From positions 1-18,118 of the forward strand of contig JARKSN010000191.1 in assembly GCA_029974275.1 (NCBI GenBank): DNA of 18,118 nt, in the 5' to 3' direction. Below, piece after piece: positions 1 to 8,042 of this stretch (position 1 is its first letter; each line of letters starts with the position of its first letter). The stretch is from Candidatus Hydrogenedentota bacterium. Its GTDB lineage: Bacteria > Hydrogenedentota > Hydrogenedentia > Hydrogenedentales > SLHB01. The notes under the pieces were generated by a model. It was not told the DNA's origin. It did no database searches and saw only the letters and a list, made by a program, of their open reading frames with translations. Made by a program: the position numbers and the translations under genes.

Positions 1-234
1 GTTGGCGAAATCCAGATCGTGGTCGAACGCGAGAGACCGGAACCAGGCATAATAACCGACAGGGTCTACGCCGCTTATCCTCTCCTGCCAAGGGACGAAG
101 GTTCCTGCAGTGTGGAAAATGCCCCAAAAAACAAGTCCCAGCGCCACGATGATCCACGGCCCCGGTTCGAGGAGTCTGACGCCTTTCACAGGCCCGGGCG
201 TCATCGCGCCGCTTGCGGATCCGTCCTTGGTCAT
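1..234 (-). CDS. Probable membrane glycosyltransferase (GT-C fold-like), 5' part only; runs off the window start
   Basis: Manual translation from ATG at 234: MTKDGSASGAMTPGPVKGVRLLEPGPWIIVALGLVFWGIFHTAGTFVPWQERISGVDPVGYYAWFRSLAFDHDLDFAN, open to position 1. It has an N-terminal TM helix followed by a D-xx-GYY-xxx-RSL-xx-D-x-DLDF-x-N motif that I associate with GT-C-like membrane proteins. It starts 2 bp after the DUF711 stop and is not in the ORF track. Confidence 0.7.
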   Translation of the reverse strand, partial: MTKDGSASGAMTPGPVKGVRLLEPGPWIIVALGLVFWGIFHTAGTFVPWQERISGVDPVGYYAWFRSLAFDHDLDFAN

Positions 235-236
235 GA

Positions 237-1610
237 TCAGTTGCGCAGGCTCTGCAGCGGCGCGGGGATGCGTCCGCCGAAGGACACAAAGCGTTCCGAC
301 GCGCCCATGTTGCGAACGTCAATCACCCAGCCTTCGCCGAAAAGCCCGCCGAACACGGCCTTCTCCCCCACTCCTTTGCCAGGAGCCGGCACGACGCGCA
401 CTGCCGTCGTCTTCTGGTTGATGACGCCGATGGCCATTTCGTCGGCAATGATCGCGGCGATGGCGTCGGGGGCGATGGAGCCCGGCACGACGACCATGTC
501 AAGACCGACCGAGCACACGCTGGTCATGGCTTCGAGTTTCTCGAGGGTGAGCGACCCCTCGCCGACGGCGTCGCTCAGCGCGTGATCTTCGCTCACCGGG
601 ATGAAGGCGCCGGAAAGCCCGCCCACACTCGACGAGGCGAACAGGCCGCCTTTCTTGACGGCGTCGTTCAACATCGCGATGGCCGCCGTGCTGCCGGGCG
701 CTCCGATCTTCGCGATGCCCATGACCTGCAAGATCTCGCCGACGCTGTCGCCCACGCGCGGGGTCGGCGCAAGACTCAAATCAACCACGCCAAATGGAAT
801 GCCAAGCCGTTGCGCGACTTCACGGCCAATCAGCTCGCCGACGCGCGTGACGCGAAAACTGGTCCGCTTGATCTCTTCGGCGATCGCGCCGAGATCGACG
901 CCGTCACTGTGGGCGATCAGGCGCTCCAGCGCGGCCTTGATGACGCCCGGCCCGCTGACGCCAATGTTGACGACCGTGCCCGGCTCGCCTACGCCCAGAA
1001 ACGCGCCGGCCATGAAGGGATTGTCTTCGGGCACGTTCGCGAACACGCACAATTTCGCCGCCGCGAAACCATCCAACTCGGGCGTGCGATCGGCAAGATC
1101 GCGCACGACGCGGCCCATGCGGTTGACGGCATCCATGTTGATGCCGGCCTTCGTGCTGGCAACGTTCACGAAAGAACATACGCGCTCGGTCGACGACAGC
1201 GCCTCGGGCAGCGAATCAATGAGCAGCGCGTCGCCGTCGCTAAATCCCTTCTGCACCAGCGCGCCGTAGCCGCCGATGATGTCCACGCCAACGTCGCGCG
1301 CGGCTTCGTCCAACGCGCGCGCCAACGGCAAACAGACCGCCGCCGTGTGCCCCTCGAGCAATTGACTCGCAGGCGAAACGGCCAGGCGCTTGTTCACGAT
1401 CGGAATGCCGTACTTCGCCGAGACTTCGTCGCAACACGCCACGAGATGGCCGGCTACGCTGTGAATGCGCGATCGCACCTTGCGCAATAACTTGCCGGAA
1501 TCGCCATCGGCACACCCCAACACGTTGATGCCCAACGTCACCGCGCGCACATCAAGGTTCTCGATCTGCACCATCTCGATCGTCTTGAGGATGTCTTCGG
1601 TCGGTATCAT
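237..1610 (-). CDS. DUF711 / UPF0210 (PFL-like family) protein, 457 aa
   Basis: Motifs ENLDVRAVTLGI, YGIPIVNKRLAVSP, KLCVFANVPEDNPFMAGA, VGGLSGAFIPVSED, LEKLEAMTSVCSVGLDM and the GGRIPAP..SLRN C-terminus. Start reassigned to ATG 1610 (MIPTEDIL), preceded by AAAGGA. The track's longer start runs through an intergenic repeat. Confidence 0.93.
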   Translation of the reverse strand: MIPTEDILKTIEMVQIENLDVRAVTLGINVLGCADGDSGKLLRKVRSRIHSVAGHLVACCDEVSAKYGIPIVNKRLAVSPASQLLEGHTAAVCLPLARALDEAARDVGVDIIGGYGALVQKGFSDGDALLIDSLPEALSSTERVCSFVNVASTKAGINMDAVNRMGRVVRDLADRTPELDGFAAAKLCVFANVPEDNPFMAGAFLGVGEPGTVVNIGVSGPGVIKAALERLIAHSDGVDLGAIAEEIKRTSFRVTRVGELIGREVAQRLGIPFGVVDLSLAPTPRVGDSVGEILQVMGIAKIGAPGSTAAIAMLNDAVKKGGLFASSSVGGLSGAFIPVSEDHALSDAVGEGSLTLEKLEAMTSVCSVGLDMVVVPGSIAPDAIAAIIADEMAIGVINQKTTAVRVVPAPGKGVGEKAVFGGLFGEGWVIDVRNMGASERFVSFGGRIPAPLQSLRN

Positions 1611-1639
1611 GATGTGTTCCTTTGTGATTGGAATCTGAC

Positions 1640-1790
1640 GAAACCCTCCTTGGGAAGAAGGGCTTCCCCAACCCCTTCCCAAGAACTTCAGGGCGCGCTT
1701 CGCGCTGCGTGACGGTATGCGCGGAGCGCGAACAAACGTTTTCGGAAGGGGGGCCGGGAGAAACCTTTTTCCCAAAAGGGTTTCCCCCGG
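1640..1790. repeat. Inverted pair of imperfect palindromes around a central hairpin (REP/REPIN-like)
   Basis: Complementary segments: AAACCCT 1641-1647/AGGGTTT 1777-1783; TTGGGAA 1650-1656/TTCCCAA 1769-1775; CCCCTTCC 1672-1679/GGAAGGGG 1744-1751; central TTCGCGCT 1699-1706/AGCGCGAA 1725-1732. Each arm is also its own hairpin (1640-1666 and 1754-1790). Confidence 0.7.
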
Positions 1791-1799
1791 AATCCTATT

Positions 1800-2369
1800 C
1801 TATCCTCGCGGACTGTGAACCGACAACGAATTCGTCGCCGTGAACAAATCTTGATGTTGCAGACGCACGGAGACGCCGAGTTCTTCAGCGGCATGTTCGA
1901 GGTCGTAGCGCAGCTCCTTCGGGTCGACGCCATGCGGCACGGTCACTTTAAAGATAACGATGAACTGGTCCTGCCGGACCTCGTTCCACACGTCCTCAAT
2001 GTTGACCTTGCGCTGCGCGAAGCATCGTGTCAATCCTCGCACGATGCCGGGGCGATCGCCGCCGACAACGGTCACGACAAACGGCTCCCCCGTCATCGTC
2101 GTAGACGGTCCGGATCGCGACGCCTCATACGGCATGACCAACGCGACAAGATTTGGCTGGCTTTCGATTGCGTTCCGCACGTCTCCCGCGATGCATTGGG
2201 CGGGAAACGTCGCACGCATCACCATCGTGAAGTAATGGCCGACGACGGTCTGACTTATCGCCTCGATGTTGGCGCCCAAGCCAAACAACGCATTCGACAC
2301 GTCGGCGATGATCCCGACCCGGTCCTGCGCCAGCACCGAGATCACGTACGTCGCGGAGTCAGGTTCCAT
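1800..2369 (-). CDS. Tandem (two) ACT-domain protein, GcvR/UPF0237-like, 189 aa
   Basis: Two ACT starts: YVISVLAQDRVGIIADVS..LGANIEAISQTV and FVVTVVGGDRPGIVRGLT..RKVNIEDV. The C-terminal LGVSVRLQHQDLF resembles the ACT proteins usually encoded next to DUF711 genes. Confidence 0.88.
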   Translation of the reverse strand: MEPDSATYVISVLAQDRVGIIADVSNALFGLGANIEAISQTVVGHYFTMVMRATFPAQCIAGDVRNAIESQPNLVALVMPYEASRSGPSTTMTGEPFVVTVVGGDRPGIVRGLTRCFAQRKVNIEDVWNEVRQDQFIVIFKVTVPHGVDPKELRYDLEHAAEELGVSVRLQHQDLFTATNSLSVHSPRG

Positions 2370-2385
2370 GCGACACCCCCTTTGG

Positions 2386-3189
2386 TTATCGCGTCATCAA
2401 CGCCAGCATAAGGACTATCGCGCCGAGAACAATGCGGTAATAACCGAACGCCTTGAAGTCGTGCCGCTGAATGTAGCGCATCAAGAATGCCACTACCGCA
2501 TACGCCACCACAAACGACACGACAGCGCCAATCGCGAGCGCGCCCCATTCGCGGCCGGTGAAATGCAGGCCATTTTTGAGCAGTTTGAGCGCGGTCGCGC
2601 CGAGCATTGTGGGAATGGCGAGAAAGAAGGAGAACTCCGCGGCGGTCTTGCGGTCCGCGCCGAGGGCCATCGCGCCGATGATCGTCGCCGCCGATCGCGA
2701 CGTGCCGGGGACCATCGCGAGGCATTGGATGAAGCCGATGCCAACCGCCCGCGCATAGGACATCGCGTCGGCGCTGACGATAACCGGCCGGCGCTGGCGC
2801 GTTTCAAGAACGATGAGAAGGACGCCGCCCACGATCAACGCCATGCATACCACAACCGCGTTGAAAAGCCATTTTTCGATGAGGTCGTCCAACAAAAAAC
2901 CGATGATGGCAGCGGGCGCGAACGCCGCGACGATCTTTGTCCACAGCGTGATGGTCGCGTTCCGTTCCGCAAGAGGTTTCCCAAAGGGCCACAGTCGCGC
3001 CCAGAAATACAGGACGACGGCAAGGACGGCCGGCAATTGGATGATCACCATGAATGCGTCGTTAAAGGCCTTGTCCGGCGACAATGCGATAAAACGATCG
3101 ACAAGCAACATATGCCCCGTGCTGCTGATGGGGAGAAATTCCGTCAACCCTTCGACAATCCCAAGCAACGCTGCTTTCACGAAGATCAT
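2386..3189 (-). CDS. uppP: Undecaprenyl-diphosphate phosphatase (BacA/UppP)
   Basis: LGIVEGLTEFLPISSTGH, IQLPAVLAV, PGTSRSAATI and AAEFSFFLAIP motifs; multiple hydrophobic helices. Confidence 0.97.
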   Translation of the reverse strand: MIFVKAALLGIVEGLTEFLPISSTGHMLLVDRFIALSPDKAFNDAFMVIIQLPAVLAVVLYFWARLWPFGKPLAERNATITLWTKIVAAFAPAAIIGFLLDDLIEKWLFNAVVVCMALIVGGVLLIVLETRQRRPVIVSADAMSYARAVGIGFIQCLAMVPGTSRSAATIIGAMALGADRKTAAEFSFFLAIPTMLGATALKLLKNGLHFTGREWGALAIGAVVSFVVAYAVVAFLMRYIQRHDFKAFGYYRIVLGAIVLMLALMTR

Positions 3190-3236
3190 GCAAAACGGCC
3201 CTTATGCGTTGACGCGCGTCCGGAACGGGACATATC

Positions 3237-3266
3237 AAAAAAAACGCCCGATCCAGGATCGGGCGT
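3237..3266 (-). terminator. Intrinsic terminator downstream of the PpiD-like gene
   Basis: On the minus strand, ACGCCCGATC-CTG-GATCGGGCGT forms a perfect 10-bp stem running into an 8-T tract (A run 3237-3244 on +), about 20 bp after the stop at 3286. Confidence 0.85.
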
Positions 3267-3285
3267 ATTCGGCAGGGCAACGTCG

Positions 3286-5178
3286 TTACGATCCTGACGG
3301 CGCGGCCGTCTCTTCCGGAGTAGCGGATTCAGAGGATCGATCCCTTGTTCCCAGAAGGTAGTCATAGGAGTCCTGGTTGAACTTTATTTTGGCGGCATTG
3401 GACTCGTAAAGGCTTTGTAGATAATCCTGCATGATCGCGCGCTGGCGCATCGACAACAAGGAACTCTGAATGCGTTCCTTTTCCTTCGGGTACTCTTCCT
3501 CCCATGCTTTCGCATCCGGCGGAACCTTGGCCACGAGTTCGACGAAATACGATTTGCCGTCGAACCCGCGAACCGGCCCGCCAAACGCGCCTGGCTCCTT
3601 GTCGCCAACCGCCGTGAATACTTCCGACCGATTCCACATCGGGTCGCCCGGCTGAAAATCGAAAGAGGTTATTGAAAACGGCCGCGTCTCGCGAATGATG
3701 ACGTTGAGCTCAGGGTGCATCGCCGCGATGTCCTGCAACGACTTGGCCTTTGCGGCAATCTCCTGAAGGAGAGCGTCCATTTTTTGCTTGTATTCCGGCG
3801 ATTGCTTCAGCTTCATGACGGCGTCTTCTTCGACCCTGTCGCGCACGGCTTCCAACGGGCGCGGGACGGCCGCTTCGACGTTCGTCACGTATACTATATA
3901 GCTGGTTTGCGGGGTCGAAATGGGGGTTTGCGGAAAACTGCCCGCAGGAACGTCCGCAAGCCCGCCCGCCAGATAGCGGATTTCCTCGCTGGGAATGTTT
4001 TCGGCGTAGGTGGATTCGCCCGAAAAGGGGCTGGCGGTCATGACGGTCAGGCCTGCTTCTGTCGCAGCCGCTTCGAGCGATCCGGCCGTGCGCGCTTTGT
4101 CGAGAATGGACCGCGCCTTTTCAATGCGCGCCGTCCGCTCTTCCATGGGGAGGATAGACTCGATATAGATTTCGCGCGCGCGCACTTGGCGTTGTTGGGT
4201 AACGGTATCCGTGCGTGCTTCTTCGGACTTGTAGATGTAATAGCCGCCAGGACCCAATACGGCGTCGCTGACTTGTCCGGACTCCAGGGCAAACAGGGCT
4301 TGCCGGTGGGGCGGCACGAAAATATCCTTCGTCACCCAGTCCAAATCGCCGCCCTGGGCGGCGGTCTTCCCGGAAGAATGCTCCTTAGCCAACGTGGCGA
4401 AATCCTCTCCCGCGCGCGCCTTGGCCACCAGTTCGTCAACCAAAGCCGGGCGCTCGGGAAGCAGCGACAGGCTCACGAATTGGATGCCTCGACGCTCGGG
4501 AAGCGCGTATTTGTCGATATTGTCCGCATACTGTTTTTGAATCTGCTCCTCGGTGGGGCGCTCGGCAAGATCGATGGTGACGTATTTTACGCGGAGGGAA
4601 GAAGCCATGTCTTCGTATTGTTTGCGGATTTCACTTTCCAGGACGCGGGCGGGGGCGACAATGCGCTCGGTCATGATGCGCATGCGCACCTGCTCCGCCA
4701 TGCTGGCATAGATGGCGTTCCAATTCCGGCGTCCGGCCTGATCCAGAAAGGCGTTCCACAATTTAGGATCGTACTGTCCCTTGTCGTCCTGAAACGACGG
4801 ATCCTTTTTCAATTCGTCGACCAGCAGCGCCCTGTCGAAATTTCGATTGTCGCGTTGCGCCTCGGCCCGCAACAACGCCTGATACATGAGTTGCTGGAGA
4901 ATCGTTTGCGCGGTGCCGTCCGCTTCGAGATCTCGATAGGAGACGTTTCGCTGGCCGCTCTCGTTGCGGCGGCTGATCTCGCTGTCCAACGCCATGCGCA
5001 GACGGTCCGCGTCGACGGGAACGCCCTCGACGGTGGCCAACGTCCCCCCCATTCCGGCGCCTTGGTGCTGTCCGCTCAATCCTGAATATCCGCCCCACAC
5101 CACGAACGGTCCGATGATGAGGCCAAGCGTCAACCACAGAATAAGCTTCTTGTGCTTGCGCATCACATCTTGAATCAT
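3286..5178 (-). CDS. PpiD-like membrane-anchored periplasmic chaperone (SurA N-terminal domain plus parvulin/rotamase domain), 630 aa
   Basis: MIQDVMRKHKK followed by a TM helix (LILWLTLGLIIGPFVVWG), LATVEG, SFQDDKGQYDP, PERRGIQFV, rotamase GEDFATLAKEHS..AAQGGDLDW and PLEAVRDRV. Start reassigned to ATG 5178, preceded by GAGGGGAGGG. Confidence 0.88.
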   Translation of the reverse strand: MIQDVMRKHKKLILWLTLGLIIGPFVVWGGYSGLSGQHQGAGMGGTLATVEGVPVDADRLRMALDSEISRRNESGQRNVSYRDLEADGTAQTILQQLMYQALLRAEAQRDNRNFDRALLVDELKKDPSFQDDKGQYDPKLWNAFLDQAGRRNWNAIYASMAEQVRMRIMTERIVAPARVLESEIRKQYEDMASSLRVKYVTIDLAERPTEEQIQKQYADNIDKYALPERRGIQFVSLSLLPERPALVDELVAKARAGEDFATLAKEHSSGKTAAQGGDLDWVTKDIFVPPHRQALFALESGQVSDAVLGPGGYYIYKSEEARTDTVTQQRQVRAREIYIESILPMEERTARIEKARSILDKARTAGSLEAAATEAGLTVMTASPFSGESTYAENIPSEEIRYLAGGLADVPAGSFPQTPISTPQTSYIVYVTNVEAAVPRPLEAVRDRVEEDAVMKLKQSPEYKQKMDALLQEIAAKAKSLQDIAAMHPELNVIIRETRPFSITSFDFQPGDPMWNRSEVFTAVGDKEPGAFGGPVRGFDGKSYFVELVAKVPPDAKAWEEEYPKEKERIQSSLLSMRQRAIMQDYLQSLYESNAAKIKFNQDSYDYLLGTRDRSSESATPEETAAPSGS

Positions 5179-5266
5179 GATGCGAGAACCCTCCCCTCGA
5201 TAGTGAACGTCTGGGCGTTCGCGCTCCGCCGGCATCCGCCCGAAAACCATGCGCCACAAAGAACCG

Positions 5267-5296
5267 AGCCTAGCACACTGCCCCCGGAACGCGCAA
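5267..5296 (-). promoter_or_regulatory. Putative sigma70-type promoter for the PpiD-like gene
   Basis: Minus strand TTGCGC-N18-TAGGCT, with an extended -10 TG (TGC TAGGCT). Confidence 0.45.
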
Positions 5297-5444
5297 ATTC
5301 TCGGCGGGCGCGATGGGCGAGATTCAGGACGCCGGCAGAAGGGCGTTGACGTTGGACATGCATTTCGTGTATCTCGGAGTTGGACGCGGAAGCCGTGGGC
5401 GAATGGCGCGCCGGGGCGGATGTCCGCACGAGAAAGGAACTTTC

Positions 5445-5918
5445 ATGAAACTTTACTTGGTCCAACACGGCGAGGCAATGGAAAAAGGATCCCACCCGGA
5501 ACGTCCCTTGACAGAAACAGGGACGGCGGACATCGAATCGGTGGCCCGGTTCATGGCGCGCATTGGCGTCCATGTTTCGGAAGTCTGGCACAGCGGCAAG
5601 ACGCGGGCCATTCAGACGGCGAACATCCTTGTGGGGCAGATCGCGAAGGGCGCCAAAATCGTTGTGGACGAGGAGTTGAATCCCAAGGGGGCCGTGGGCG
5701 GCCTGGCCCGATGGCTTGCCAAACGCGACGAAGACTTGCTCATCACCGGACATATGCCCCATTTGGCCCGGCTGGCGGGTTTGTTGCTGGCTGACGAGGA
5801 AGATGCGGAGCCGCTCAGCTTTTGCAAGGGCGCCGCGGTTTGTCTCGAACGCGGCGAATCCGGTCATTGGCGGGTGAGTTGGATGGTGACGCCGTCTATT
5901 CTTAGGAAGCTGACCTAA
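5445..5918 (+). CDS. sixA: Phosphohistidine phosphatase SixA, 157 aa
   Basis: MKLYLVQHGEA...ERPLTETG, HSGKTRAIQTA, LLITGHMPHL, FCKGAAVCL. ATG at 5445 follows AGAAAGGA. Confidence 0.92.
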   Translation: MKLYLVQHGEAMEKGSHPERPLTETGTADIESVARFMARIGVHVSEVWHSGKTRAIQTANILVGQIAKGAKIVVDEELNPKGAVGGLARWLAKRDEDLLITGHMPHLARLAGLLLADEEDAEPLSFCKGAAVCLERGESGHWRVSWMVTPSILRKLT

Positions 5919-5949
5919 GGACGCTCCGGGCTGCGGCCGCGCGGCTCCC

Positions 5950-7830
5950 TTACCCGGGCGGCGCGATTCTGTCGATTTGGAGGTTGCGGTTCCGGGGCGG
6001 ATGCGTCGGCAAGACGACGGTGAACGTGGCTCCCTCGTCGGGACGCGACTCGAGCAGGATATGGCCCCCGTGTTCGCTCACGATCCCGTAGCAAACGCTG
6101 AGCCCGAGTCCTGTGGCTTCTCCCGGCGGCTTCGTGGTGAAAAACGGATCGAAAACCCGTGCCTGTACGTGCTCGGGAATGCCGGGGCCGCTGTCGGCGA
6201 AAAGAATGTGGATGTTCTGCTCGACAAGCTTCGTCGAAAGAGACAACGCGCGCGGGCGGTCGGAAACCGACAGCATCGCTTGGTGGGCGTTGTTGAGCAG
6301 GTTCAAAAAAACGCGTTGCAGCGCTTGTGCATCCACCTCGATTTCGGGCAAATCCGGAGCCAGGCTCATCGTGAGTTCCACGTTGTCCACAAACAACTGG
6401 TATTCGCGAAACTCGACCATTTCGCGCAGCAGGCTGTTGATGTCCTGTCGCCTTTTCGTCGACGGTTGCTGTCGCGCGAAACTCAGCAGATTGTGCACGA
6501 TCCGTTTGCACCGCTGGGCTTCTTCCTCGATACGCGCCAAACGGCCGCGCAACGGAATATCCGGGCAATGTTGCTGCAACAATTGAGCATAGCCCAGGAT
6601 GCCCGTCAGGGGGTTGTTGAGTTCGTGCGCGACCCCGCCCACAATCTCTCCCAAGGCGGATAGCCGTTCTACGTGAAGCAGGTTGTGCTGTATGGCCATT
6701 TGCTCGGCCATGTCGATGATAAGGATAAGGATTCCTTCGACTTCGCCCCGGCTTCCGCAAAGGGGGCATACGGTGAAATCGCATTGCATGCGGACGCCGT
6801 AGCGGGTCTTGAGGGCGATGCGCAACCGCAACCGCTTCCGGCTTCGCACGACAAGTCGCAACGCGGCCCGCACCTTCCGATCATCATGTTCCGCGATCGA
6901 ATGGACGCTCTGCCCGAACAGGTTCTCTGCAACCGCGGCGCCGCACAGGGAAGCCGCAGCGGCGTTCGCGTCGCGGATAACCCCATCTCGGTCTGCAATC
7001 AGAACGCCCATGGGCGCATTGCCAAGAAGGCTTTCCCAATATGCGTTCGATCGTCGTATTTCGTTTTCGAGGCGCCGCTCCAATCGCAGATCGCGCACAA
7101 TGCCCAATACCCCCGTCGCCTTGCCGTTTTCAATCAAAAGCCGCGCGCCAATCTCAACCGGAATGCGCTCGCCGTCTTTGGCGAATATTTCGATGGTGAA
7201 GGGAGCTTTCGCAAATCCGCCCGTCGCTTGAAGACGATCCTCCACCACATCCGCATACTGCGGCACGACAAAATCGTCGATGCTCAGTCCTTCGGCCAGA
7301 TCCTCCCGAGTGTACCGGGTCATCGCCAGTCCGCGACGATTGAGGTACAGTATGTTTCCTTCAAAATCGTGAAGGTACACCATGTCCCGCAGCGAAGACA
7401 TCACGTTCTCGAAAAGATGATAGATTCGACCCGGCTCGGGCGCCGGCGGCGTCGCATCTGGTTTTCCGTCGAGAAGCGACTGGAAAAAAGCGAGCGACGC
7501 GGGGCCGGGAAGGCGGCGCTTCAGACTTTGACGAAGGCGTCGGCGCAGCCCGGCCACGCACTGGCAATGCGGCGATCCAGCCCATTCCTTCCAGAGAAGA
7601 TCGATGCATTGGTGTTCCATCGCCCGAAGAATGGACGTAATCTGGGAAGCGCTGGCTCCGGCGGCCGACAAACACGCCGTGTCCAATGGACGAAGCGCCT
7701 CCAGATCCGAGAGCAATTCTGCGGTCACGGCGCGGATGGGAAGCTCGAACCGCGGATCGCCCGATGCTTCGATGGCCGCCTTGACGATGTGTTCGGCGTT
7801 TTTCCGCAACCACGACGCACCGAGTTCCAT
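5950..7830 (-). CDS. Cytoplasmic sensor histidine kinase: unknown N-terminal domain, 2 PAS, HisKA, HATPase (NtrB-like group)
   Basis: H-box GVAHELNNPLTGILGY; N-box LQRVFLNLLNNA; G1 DSGPGI; F-box FDPFFTTK; G2 TGLGLSV. PAS signatures DFEGNILYLN..TRYTREDL and KDGERIPVEI, then DRDGVIRDAN. No TM helix seen. Confidence 0.93.
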   Translation of the reverse strand: MELGASWLRKNAEHIVKAAIEASGDPRFELPIRAVTAELLSDLEALRPLDTACLSAAGASASQITSILRAMEHQCIDLLWKEWAGSPHCQCVAGLRRRLRQSLKRRLPGPASLAFFQSLLDGKPDATPPAPEPGRIYHLFENVMSSLRDMVYLHDFEGNILYLNRRGLAMTRYTREDLAEGLSIDDFVVPQYADVVEDRLQATGGFAKAPFTIEIFAKDGERIPVEIGARLLIENGKATGVLGIVRDLRLERRLENEIRRSNAYWESLLGNAPMGVLIADRDGVIRDANAAAASLCGAAVAENLFGQSVHSIAEHDDRKVRAALRLVVRSRKRLRLRIALKTRYGVRMQCDFTVCPLCGSRGEVEGILILIIDMAEQMAIQHNLLHVERLSALGEIVGGVAHELNNPLTGILGYAQLLQQHCPDIPLRGRLARIEEEAQRCKRIVHNLLSFARQQPSTKRRQDINSLLREMVEFREYQLFVDNVELTMSLAPDLPEIEVDAQALQRVFLNLLNNAHQAMLSVSDRPRALSLSTKLVEQNIHILFADSGPGIPEHVQARVFDPFFTTKPPGEATGLGLSVCYGIVSEHGGHILLESRPDEGATFTVVLPTHPPRNRNLQIDRIAPPG

Positions 7831-7927
7831 GAAAAAACCCTGCCCTCTTTGGGATCATTCCGCCAACGCGCCGGCATCCGGGGGCGTCTGCCATTCCACC
7901 CGCTGGGAAACGGTCGCCATGGAGCAC

Positions 7928-7936
7928 AGTATAGCA
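7928..7936 (-). promoter_or_regulatory. Putative extended -10 element for the kinase
   Basis: Minus strand TGCTATACT (TGnTAnnnT), about 100 bp upstream of ATG 7830. Confidence 0.45.
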
Positions 7937-8042
7937 GAATCCTCCCCCATCCCACGACGCGTTCCGTTTCCCGGATTCCGGCCCGCCGGACTTTGGCGGG
8001 CGTTATCGTGCTGCGAGACCTCGCCGCGATAACGGCTTGCGC

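Noticed and set aside
1611..1775. N-terminal extension of DUF711 in the ORF track (similar extensions on PpiD-like, sixA, miaA and fabF)
   Set aside because: Family similarity begins at downstream ATGs, most with an RBS; the extensions cross intergenic structures or neighbouring genes.
3715..5085. 456-aa plus-strand ORF
   Set aside because: Antisense to the PpiD-like gene; long shadow ORFs are expected at this GC content.
7982..8040. Hairpins downstream of miaA (CCCGCC/GGCGGG; CGTTATCG/CGATAACG) as a terminator
   Set aside because: The inverted repeats are real, but there is no U-tract on either strand, so no function can be assigned.
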